Assembly: GCF_001194135.2 (NCBI RefSeq)
Contig: NC_069000.1
Coordinates: 1,648,553 to 1,712,552, forward strand
DNA: 64,000 nt
Direction of reading: 5' to 3'
Source: Octopus bimaculoides
Lineage: Eukaryota
Position numbers and translations under genes: made by a program. The notes under the pieces were generated by a model, which had not been told where the DNA came from, made no database searches, and saw only the letters and a list, made by a program, of their open reading frames with translations. Position 1 is the stretch's first letter; every line of letters begins with the position of its first letter. Of the stretch, positions 39,301 to 51,099 are shown in pieces.

Positions 39301-41878
39301 AGGGTCACGAGACTGACTCAGTTTCGAGCTTGGTGTGTGACTTTTGACTAACCCTGTATAATTGATAATAATAATAATGATAATAATTGTGTTTATCTCC
39401 GCAGTTATCGATTTCTGTTTGACCAAGAATTTGATGTGTGATACTCAGACAAATTTCACCAGTTTACAATTAGATTGGGCATCAAAAGCTAACTGTATTC
39501 AACGGAAAGGTAAAGTAGTTGAAATTATTGTCTAACATTTTGCTAGAATACCATAACACTGCTTTGACCATTAACCCATATATATTTCTTGCAACTAGCT
39601 TTTTGATGATTACATCATCATCGTCATCATCATCCTTTAATGTCTGTTTTCTGTGCTGTCATATATTCTAATGTCTGTAAATTCTTTTTATTAAAACAAC
39701 ACAAAAACAAAAACAAAACCCCTGTCAAAAGTTGTCTTTCTTGTTTGCTGTAGGCCGGGCAGGTCGTGTCTCCAATGGTCGTGTGTATCGTCTCATCACA
39801 CGGTCGTTTTGGTACAACCATATTCCAGATTACAACACACCAGAAATGCAAGTAAGTCACCAAGTCTTAAATTGATTGATTGTGGGGAGGGCAAGAGCAG
39901 GTAGTTAATATAATTATGTTGTTTGTTTGGAGTTTTAGCTTGAATGGGAGGAGTTTTAGCTTAAATGGGAGGAGTTTTGTTTGAAGTTGTTGGGGAGGAG
40001 TTTTGTTTGAAGTTGTTGGGGGGAGTTTTGTTTGAGTGGAGTTGTTGGGGATGGGCATTTATTTTTCACAGCTTGATACCATTCCTGCTGCTAACTTCTC
40101 ATCTCCAAAATAGAAGTAGTAACCTTTTGTCAGCCAGGTAGACTGGGTCTAGGAAAGCTGTATGACATATTTAAAGGCATATCACAACTCAACAGAGTAG
40201 CAGTAACAAGATTCAGACTCGTGACCCTGTTCTTAGTAAGGCACCAATGCAACCCCTTGACCTTGCACTCATTGCATATAACCCCAATCTGTCTTAACTA
40301 ATTTCACTGACATAATTTCTTTTTCAGAGATGTCCTCTCGACTTGTTGGTGTTACGAACTAAAATCCTTGACTTAGGTGAGCCTAAAGCCATTCTAGCTC
40401 TTGCACTTGCTCCCCCAAACCTCGATGATATTGAAAGGACCATCCTAGAGTTAAAAGAGGTAAGACTTTGTTTTCTATTTCTTTAAAAGTTTGATATGAA
40501 ATTTATCAACTCCCTAAGGATGTGGCTTGGGTCTCATTGTCTTATGTTCCTGTTATGTTCCTTTTTTTTACTGTAGATTGGTGCTCTTGCTTTGACGCTG
40601 AACGGTGTCCCGAACCGGTACGATGCTGACCTGACTTACATGGGCCGAGTTATTGCTTCCCTACCAACTGACATAAGAATTGGAAAACTGCTTGTTTGGG
40701 GTCATGTTTTTGGTTTCCTCAAAGAATGTTTAATTCTAGGTAAGTCTCAAATGGCACCTTTCTCTCTACATTTTGATATTTGGCTATGGCTGGTGATGGT
40801 GGTGGTTGAATGTGCAGATAGGAAAGCAGACTCTGGAAGCTGACAGATGAGTGGAGAAAATCCAGACTGATGTGTTGATTGGTATACTGACAGACATACA
40901 GGTGCAGGAGTGGCTGTGTGGTAAGTAGCTTGCTTACCAGCCACGTGGTTCCAGGTTCAGTCCCACTGCGTGGCACCTTGGGCAAGTGTCTTCTACTATA
41001 GTCTCGGGCTGACCAAAGCCTTGTGAGTGGATTTGGTAGACGGAAACTGAAAGAAGCCCGTTGTATATATGTATATGTATATATATGTGTGTGTGTTTGT
41101 TTGTGTGTCTGTGTTTGTCCCCCCAGCGTCGCTTGACAACTGATGTTGGTGTGTTTACGTCCCCGTAACTTAGCAGTTCGGCAAAAGAGACTGATAGAGT
41201 AAGTACTAGGCTTACAAAGAATAAGTCCTGGGGTTGATTTGCTCGACTAAAGGCAGTGCTCCAGCATGGCCACAGTCGAATGACTGAAACAAATAAAAGA
41301 ATAGACCCGTAATTCATCACTTGTTATGACCATTTAAAAAAAAGTTTTCATCTTCCTCAACACAAGCAAGATGGTTCTGTGTAGCTGGAACCCTATTATT
41401 TTTGGTGGGTGTATAAGCTTCGTCTATCATATCCAGAACATACACCTGCATGATCTGTGACCCCGTCATTCAGCCTGTCATCATTTTGTATCTCCAATTC
41501 GTGTTTCTAATGTCTAACATTAATTAAACTCTTATTTTTTTGTTGTTTATTATTTCTGAAACCCGTTGTATTTTGTCTTCTGTAGCTGCAGCGTTGTCAT
41601 TGAAAAGTGTGATATCTCGGCCATACAAAAAGCATCTTGAATCTTACCAGTGAGTATTTCGTTTCATTAAGTTGACCTCAGCAGGATTTGAATTTTATGT
41701 TTTGTATTCAGATCAACCAAAGTCACTTTTGCTGTATCATTCTTCCATAGTTGATGAAATAAATACCAATCAAAGTAATGGTATGTGTGTGTGTGTGTGT
41801 GGGTGTTTGATATTGACTTCAACCCCCTCCCCTCATCTCTCTAAATATTTGGCCTTCTGCTACTTATGCAAGAGATTA

Positions 41879-41909
<31 letters not shown>

Positions 41910-44900
41910 TATTATTATTAACCCTTTAGTATTCGGATTATGCTGTCAAATTTTGTAAGTGACGAATTTATTAAATTAACTTCATGGTTAAATGGTTGGT
42001 GCTAGGTAGGGCATCCAGCCATGGGACCTGTGCCAAAACTGAGACATTAGAGGATGATGCAGTTGCCAGACCCATCGGTTCCAGTCCATTATTGGCATGG
42101 AACTTAGGATGGTGATCATGAAACTGTTCAATGTGTTTCTAGTCATTAAATACAGAAGCCAGCCATTTTGTTTTCTATCTGTCACTGTTATATTTTCTTC
42201 TTTTATTTTCCCCAGGCGTAAATTCAGCTGGGCAGATGCTTCGTTCAGCGACTGCATTGCCATTGTAAACATCTACAAGGTAAGTCTTTTTTTGTTTGTC
42301 TTAACCTCTTTATTTTCTAAACTGTTGTTGTTTAACCCCAGGCCCTCCTGAATGGAGATGGTACTCAGCAAACATCTTCAAAACAACAAATGGTTCAGAT
42401 TTTCATTGTCTTCAGCTTTTCTTTCTTTTTTTATTGCGTCTTCTTTCTCAAGTTTAATTTTTTTCTCTCAATTCCTTAAAGAGAAGAAACTATGTTTTCT
42501 GTTTCTATTTTATCAGGTTTGGGAAAGGAATTGGGCCCATGGTATTTTCAAAAGACGTGGTCAGTCAGAAGTGGAATGGGGAAAAGCAAACTTTGTGCAA
42601 ATCAAAAGAATACATGAGGTAAGGATTTTTCACTTCATCAATAATCAATAATCAATATGCACCACCAACATTTATGGTGTGTTTCAATAAATTTAGAAAA
42701 TAATGAAGAATTTGGAAAAGATCGATGGAATAGTACCAGACATAAAAGAATAAGTCCTGGGGTTCATCATATCCTTATTTCATTTCAGCTTGCTGAACTT
42801 ATCCGGGAGTTAGAGTTCCGACTGACACAGTTCAATCTTCGTATTCCAAGCAAGTCGCCAGAATCGAAGAAAGACCTCAACCATCCTGAAGAGAAACTTT
42901 TGTTCAAGGTTTCATATTTTTTTTATCCTGTCCAGAATCATTTTTTGTTTTTTTCTAGAAAAAGAATGTTTCTTTATTTTTACTTAAGTCAGTGAGAGGA
43001 AGAAGAGGGTCGGCCATAACCTTTCCCAAAACCCAGAGGCTTTTGGAAGGAAGGAAGTCCACTGCAGATGGTTGACCTGACTCAAGTGCTTGCAGTAGTG
43101 ACGGGCACACTGCTGGTTACGATGACCAGGGTCCCAGTTGTCTGCTCATGAAATTGAGGTGCCAGTGGCTGAGCACGCCACAGGCATGCGTACCCTTCTT
43201 GGTGATGAGGCTGGCCCCTTTGTAATGACAGGTACAACTCATTCTTGCCAGCTGAGTGGACTGGAGCAATGAGAAGTAAAGAGTCTTGCTCAAGGACACA
43301 ATGCAACACTGGGAATTGAACTCAATCATGAACCCGATAACCTAACCACTAAGCTACACTTGCATTGGTGGACTTCACAGAAAAACACATAAAGACCTGG
43401 TGGTGGTGGTGATGGATTAAGTCTACCATGGAATAAAGGGAGTAATCTTTTCCCTGATTGGAGAGGACCATTCTGCACAGTGTTCCTTTGTCAAATTCCA
43501 TTTACAAAATTTTCTCTTTCCTTCCCTTTAATATCTTCTCTCCCTCTCTCTCTTTCCCTCTCTTTAATATCTTCTCTCTCCTTCTCTCTCTCTTTCATAG
43601 CTGATCATATGTGGTGCCTTTTATCCAAATTATTTCATTCGAGATAAAATAGACGAAGAACAAGTGATGAAAACCATGTCGGGAAAGGACCCTTTCAATA
43701 CTGTTATGGTCAGTTGCAACTTTTGATAATTTCTTCTTTTCTTGTATCCTTTTTTTCGTGTTTCATGCCAGCATGGACAACGGACGTTAAATGATGATGG
43801 TGATGACCCCCACAAAATCTTATATGGACCCTAGTGGTTAACAACTGTCCCCTATTTTATTGGAAACGTGCTTCAACAGAAAACTCTATGTAATCATCAT
43901 CATCACTCTCATAGCATCAACTTTCCCATGCTTGTATGGGTCAGACAGAATTTGTTGAGGCAAATATTCTACTGCTGGATGTCCTTCCTATCTGCCAACC
44001 CACATTTGTTTCCCAGCAATGTAATATTTCCCCCAGGGCTGTTCTTATATTTAAGAACTATCATCCTTACTGAGCTGTGAAGGTCAGAATCAGTGTTTGT
44101 AGCTGATGACGTGCAACAACGCAGAAATGCATGCGTCCTACAATCCAGTGATATCATTCATAGCCCAATGTCTTTTCACACATTTTGTCTATGAAGAGAA
44201 AGTGGTTCTGAGAATATTGCAACAGTGAACAGTTCACCCATGTCTGAGTGTACACAAGTGTGTTGATTCCGATTGAACACACGCATTCTTCATTCAAGGT
44301 TCTTTCGTGGGATATTAAATGATGGTGATGATGATGATGAAATCTCAGTGAAACTACAAACCATATCCTTCTTTTTGTCTCATCAGATAAATGGTCTGCC
44401 ACCCAATCAAGGTTCCTTGTACAAATCTCAAATCGAACAGTTATTTTATCCGTGTGGAAACATTCTTGCTATACACATGGAAGAATCCAAGTAAGTATTG
44501 TTCTTTTGCACTTTCCCACAAAACTTAGCAGATCTTAATGATTATTTTATTTATTTGTATTTATATATTTAGTTGCTTATTATTGTTGTTATTATTATTA
44601 TTATTGTTATTATTATTATTATTGAGTGAGAGAGCAGTGCATGCCATCTAAGTGACNNNNNNNNNNAAGCCCAGTATACCCATCATGACTACCTGTCTGA
44701 TAAGGGTACACCAGGCACATGCATCACAACTGTATGTGCACGACATGGTGACCTCATATTGAGATAAACAGCACAAGACCCTGCAGGTAGGGCCCAGTTA
44801 GAATTTTCTTCAGGTTGAGTAACCCATCTCGCTCAAAAGGTCCTTGAATAAGGGCTGTTTAAGGATGCTGAATGAAACACCCATATCTCCAAAGGTTTCA

Positions 44901-46328
44901 GTCTCCTATCATTGCTTCTGTGAGGCCCATCGTTTGAAGGTCATACTTCACCACCTCATCCCATGTCTTCCTGGGTCTACCTCTTCCACAGGTTTCTTCT
45001 ACAGTTAGGGAGTGGCACTTCCTCACACAGCTGTCCTCATCCATACGTAACACATGACCATACCAGCACAGTCGCCTCTCTTGCACACCATATTTGATGC
45101 TTCTTATGCCCAACTTTTCTCTCAGGACACTTACACTCTGTTGTGTATACACACTGACATTACACATCCAGCAGAATGGAAAACGGACGTTAAACAATGA
45201 TGATGATGATGATGACGTAATAACTGATGTAGACATGGCATCTTGGTATTCATTGGTTTTGGTTTTGATTTTGTAGGATCTTCATAGAATTTGCTCGCCA
45301 TTACAGCATGAACCGTGCATTGAACAATATCATTGGTATGGGCAACACTGGAGTCGTAAACCCTGCTGTTTATTTGGCTCTGAAGATGAAGTAAGTTGTC
45401 CATTGGTTTTTCTTTCTTTTTTTCTCTCTCTTTTAGATCTTTCAAGACCATATCTCTAACAGAGTACAGGAATGGCAGAGGCTGAGATACATCAATGAGG
45501 AATTAGCTCTGCTCATTTAGCATTCAGATTTCTCTGTCACATTTAGAGCTTATCTGTTCAGATTGTTTTCAATTAGCCAAGCATTATTTCATAGCTTCAA
45601 GATTTTAATGATGAGAATGTTTACTTTTAGAATGACATTGTACAGTAGGTGTGAAAGGCCAAATCTAGCCATTTTGAACACAAAAACAGATGGAATATTT
45701 GGGCCAGTTTAATTGCTAAACGGTTAATGGTACATCAACTGTATAGTACCAATAGAGTTGTATCATTTACACTAATGTACAGGCACCTGTATTTCATTTA
45801 ATTAAGTAAATTTTTATATTTATTTAATTTAGAGTGTGTTGACCAAGGTGACCACCCCTGGTTAAGAGAAATTGGTTATTCAGAAAGGCTTTGGATCCAA
45901 AGATTCTTGAAAATCAATGTTGTACCTGTATTTCCTTCTTACTTAAGTAATGAATGCATTAATTTCTTAAAGCGTTTCTTTCTCTTGTCTTCTGATGTCT
46001 TGTCAGTTCCATCACCTGTTCACGTAAGAATTAAATGTCAATTCTGTCTTATTTGAGTATTTTGTTTCTATGAATTTGCTTCTAGGAAGACATCCTATCG
46101 AACCCTGGAATTGGAGCAATACTCTCGAGAGACGGCAACAAAAATGATGAAGCAGGTCTCCGAAGCTCAAAGTAATGTTGCTGGAAAATTACAAATGTTG
46201 CGAACAAACAGGTCAGGAGTAATTTTTAAAATTTCTTTAAAATTCATATTTATTGTGACTACTTCAGCACATAATTTTGCAGGTTTAGCTAACTTCCCGG
46301 TAAAAGGTTTCACAATAGGGGGCCCCCA

Positions 46329-46369
<41 letters not shown>

Positions 46370-47266
46370 AGAAAATTGTTAAAACTTTTTATCTCTCATG
46401 CTCTACTCTTATATTTTTATTTGTAAAAGGACAAAATACAGTGCTGCATCCATATAATTTTTCTTTCTTCACCATGTGGGTTGGACAAGTTCACAAAGTT
46501 TAAAACACTCTTTATCTTATTAAACATGCCTGACAATTTGCAGCCCCCTCCCTACCAACTTTTCTACCTTCACCAGTAGTGTAGATGTAAATATTTAGAT
46601 GAAGTAAATGTTAGTCTTTAACGATGAAGTTAATTAGTTCTTTTAATTAGTGAGCAAGTGTTTAATTGGGTTTTATGTTTTTCCATTGACAGAATAACAG
46701 CAGCCTCTGCGATTGTTGGAAACCAGGTTGACTTACCCAACTATTCCATGTCTGTGATACAAATTATTGTTACTGAGGTAAGTGGCTTTTATCTTTTGCT
46801 TGTTTCAGTCATTAGACTGTGGCCATGCTAGGGCAGTGCCAGGAGGCATTGTCTCCAGCTGGGCTATACGACATGATCTGTGTCCTTATATTTTCAAACA
46901 AGGGAATCTTTACTACAAAGTACTGTTGCCGAATATCTTACATTGTGAGATTTAAAAATCGTAATTTTCTAATTAATGTTATTGTTTGTATCTTTCAATA
47001 TTTAGATTCTAGAAGGATCAAAACAATATTTTTATTTCCATTGCTATAAAAATATTTGCTTCAATTATTTAGGTTCTGGAATGTGGACATTTTTGGGCTC
47101 GCTATGTTGATCAAGAAAATTCCCTATATTTTGTCCAGTCTAGTCTCAATATCAACCCCCAAGACCTTCAGGTTGGTGCCTTTTTAACAGTCTCCTTTTT
47201 TTTATTGCTGTCATCTCAGTAGTTTGTTGCTGAAAATTACTCTCCAAGTTCTTGGTTTGTATGTGG

Positions 47267-47347
<81 letters not shown>

Positions 47348-50300
47348 TGTGTGTGTGTGTATGTGTGTGTGTGTTATTTGCATTCATCGATTTTATTTCT
47401 CATGTTATTTCTTCATTTCTCTCCTCTTTCATAGCCTATTTCTGGAAACGTCCATGTTGGTATGATCTGTGCAGCCCCTTACAAGGATGAGGAAGTGCAC
47501 TACTACAGAGCACAAGTGGAGGCCATTCATAACAACATGGCTCATGTAAGTGATATCATCATCATAGTTTAATGTCCGTGTTCCATGCTAGCATGGGTGG
47601 GATGGTCTCACAAGAGCCAGCCAGGCAGAAACCTGCACCAGACTTCTGTGACTGTTTTGGCAGAATTTTTACAGGTGGATGCCCTTCCTGACACCAACCA
47701 TTCAGCAGAGTGGGTTTGGGAAATCTAATTGAGGGTGATAGTCATGGACTCTATCACCCCAATTAAGTTTCTTGCCGCCTGCAGTCGCAAGCCTGCAATC
47801 GCAAGCTGGGGCCTCATAAGAGATAATTGTATTCATCCTTGGTAAAGGAATCCATCACCCTGTAGAAATAATTTTCCTCCATGACCTCCGCAGCCACCTG
47901 CGGAGGCCAATCCAGATTTTCAGTGCAGGTCAGGATAGTGTCCTCTATCCACTCGAGTTCTATCCCAGGTGGCAACCCACAGACCCAGGCTCTTGTCAAC
48001 TTCTTCCCACCATACGTGGGAAGAAACAAAATCTCTTTGCCCTCTAAGGGCTGGCTTGCAAATTTGCAATCCTCCTCAGGGGTGTCAAATAGCAACCACA
48101 CAATTGCATACTTGACCCCGCTGGAGATGAATTTGATAGTTGGCAAATACTCTGCCAACTCTTTTTCAATTTGTGTCTTTTGAAAGAAGGTGATGGTGTT
48201 GAGCGACTTTGAGTATGTCCTTAATACCACCCTCCTCTCTTCAAAGTCTTTCTTCCACTGTTTAGATGGGACAATCTCCCACTCCAACGTAGTGTTGTAT
48301 ATCTTTTTTGCCATGTTGTTTTGGGAAAAAAGTTCACAAAAAACAAAAGTTCACAGAGTTCAAAAAACAAAAATGCAGGAAGGAAGGAAGAAGACAAGAA
48401 ACAGTTCCAAAACACAGCAAGCTATTCTTCTGGCCATCCTGGGACTCCTGGCCGTCCTGGGACTCCTGGCCATCCTGGGACTCCTGGCCGTCCTGGGACT
48501 CCTGGCCGTCCTGGGACTCCTGGCTAACTCGGTAATCCACTTGGTAATCCAGGGCACAAAACAGTCATACAACAATTTCACCAAAAATTGGTAAAAAATG
48601 AGCACAATTATAGGAGGAGGGATACACTCCCAAAACACACTTCTCACCGCCAAGTGAGACTTTAAACACAACTACAGGCAGACAATTTGCCAGGAACTCA
48701 GTGGAGATTTCTTGTTCGACAAAATAAATAAACACGAGCAACAAACCCCCACTGAATCCCCCAAAAAACAAATGTCTTACCTTGTAGTTGTGCTTCACTT
48801 TGTTCAAATGCCTGTTTTATATATCTAAAAAAAATTTTTTCTTATTTTAGGTTTTCTTTGTGGATTATGGCAATATGGAAATTGTTCCTTTCCATAACCT
48901 GAAGCTTCTTCCTCAGGACCTTTTAGATGTTCCTTTCCAAGTGAGTACCATTCTTGTGATTCAAGCTGTCCCTTGATATTTCAGCTCTGTCTAGAGTATG
49001 TTTGTATGTTTGTTCTTTTCCATGGTCAAAAGCTTGGATGTGTACTTAAGAAGTTCATCTCACATTTACATGATTTTGAGGGTCTGATCCCACAATGTGG
49101 CACCTTGAACTAATATCGAAAAATACCTTAGGAATGAGAACCCAGGTTCGAAATTTCCCCAAGACACCTAACGAAGACTGGAGGGTGTATCAGCCGGAAC
49201 ATTGTGTTAACAACAAACAAGATGAGGACAAAAATCCGTCAAATGTAAATAATATCTTCTTATATTTCATTGGTTTCTCTGTATTTCAGGCATTTGAATG
49301 TTATTTAAGTGGAATTCAGCCATCACCAATCAAATGTTTCGATGGTTGCTGGTCCCAGGAGTCTACTGACTATTTCCAAAACATGGTATCTGGTTTCCCT
49401 ATTTATGCTCAAGTAAGAATTTCTTTCTTTCTTTCATTCTTTGCCGGATATGCAAATAAGAGTTAAGGAATGGAGTTGATAAGATCCGGGCTACATATGT
49501 TTCATAGAGAGCGGAACCTCAGAAATGGTAAATGTCCAAACGGGGTGTATAACACAGGCCAAGGATATCTTGATGAAATGAAAGTTTACATTGTCACAAG
49601 GGGGTACATATGTAGCCCGGATCTTAGCTACTCCATTCCTTAACTCTTGTATGTATGTGTGTGTGTCTAAATAAATTTCTCTATATTTTTTTGTCATATT
49701 TTCTCTTCCTCCTTCATATTCTTCTTCTTGCTGTTGTTGTTCCAGATTTATTCAGTCGTTGGAAGAGTCCTCCATGTTGAGCTGATCAAGAAGAAGTCAA
49801 AACAACAAGAAAATATCAATCAGAAACTTATTGATCTTGGTTATGCTGACGTCACTGAAGAATCTTTCTTATCCAAAGTAAGTAGAACATATTTTAACTT
49901 TTATTCATACCAAAGTAGACAGTGGGAGCACAATGCAGTCTTTGCGCCCATCAGATCTTGTCCAACTGTCCAGCTTTTGGCAACATGGAGCATGGATATT
50001 AAATGATGATGATGATGGCAGTAGAATGTATCTTTTTAATGACAATGTAAACAACAACAAACAATAATCATCATCATCCTAAATATGTTAATTATGTTCT
50101 CCTTTATGTTACCATAGCAATAATTTCTATTCAAATTTTGTTTTCCATTTTTTCAGAAAGACCATGAAGAACGAAAGAAAGCTCAGGAATCGTCGAGTTT
50201 GTCCGTTTGTCAAAATAGTGATGCAACATCGTTAGACTGGAATGCACTTGGTCTTACTAACGAGTTTAGTTTGGTTCGTTATGTGGGAAAGGTCAGCTGG

Positions 50301-51051
50301 AATTTAATGTCTTTCAGTGGTTGTTATTTATTACCTTTTTTATATGTTAGTGTTAAGATCAGGTGCAGGTGTAGCTGTGTGGTTGAGAAGTTTGCTCTTG
50401 GTTTCAGGTTCCGTCCCACCTTGGGCAAATGTCTTGTATCATAGCCCTCGGCTGAACAAAGTCTTGTAAGTCTGGTAGATGGAAACTGAAAGAAGCTCAT
50501 CGGCCCATTGTGTGTGTGTGTGTGTAATGTATTTGTTGTGTCTATATGTATAGTTGTGTGTTTCTGTGTGATGAAGTTGAGTAATTTCCTTGAATTAATT
50601 CATGTAATTGTTGCTAATAATGCTAGGAGTCACAATATGTAGTGGTGGCGGCAGCGGTGGTGGTAGTAGTGGGGGAGAGTAGAGGGAAATAAGTGTGTGT
50701 GTGTGTGAGTATTCGTAGGTGTGTGTTTGAATGTATATAGGTGTGTGTCTGTATAAACAAAGGTGTGTGTATGAGTCATGGGAGAGAATTTTGTGTGAAG
50801 ATTTTTTCCCTCAACATTGGGACAATAAATCCCACATAGTAGCAGCGGGGGGTGGGGGAGTGTGTGTGTGTGTGAGTNNNNNNNNNNGGGGGGGGGGTCG
50901 AATATTTATTCCTATCTAAACTAATTAACACAGAGGAGTGGTCCCTATTGTACTGCTGCTGCTGATAAAACCACTCCCACTACTACTACTACTACTACTA
51001 CCACCAACTCACCACCATCATCACTACAGCTACCAGCACTGCTACTTGTAG

Positions 51052-51099
<48 letters not shown>

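Noticed and set aside
48431-48523. CRISPR-like regular repeat
   Set aside because: The units are contiguous with no unique spacers, and the context is eukaryotic.
48321-48540. Collagen-like PGTPGR and QESQDG ORFs
   Set aside because: By-products of the 18-bp minisatellite read in several frames; no supporting gene structure.
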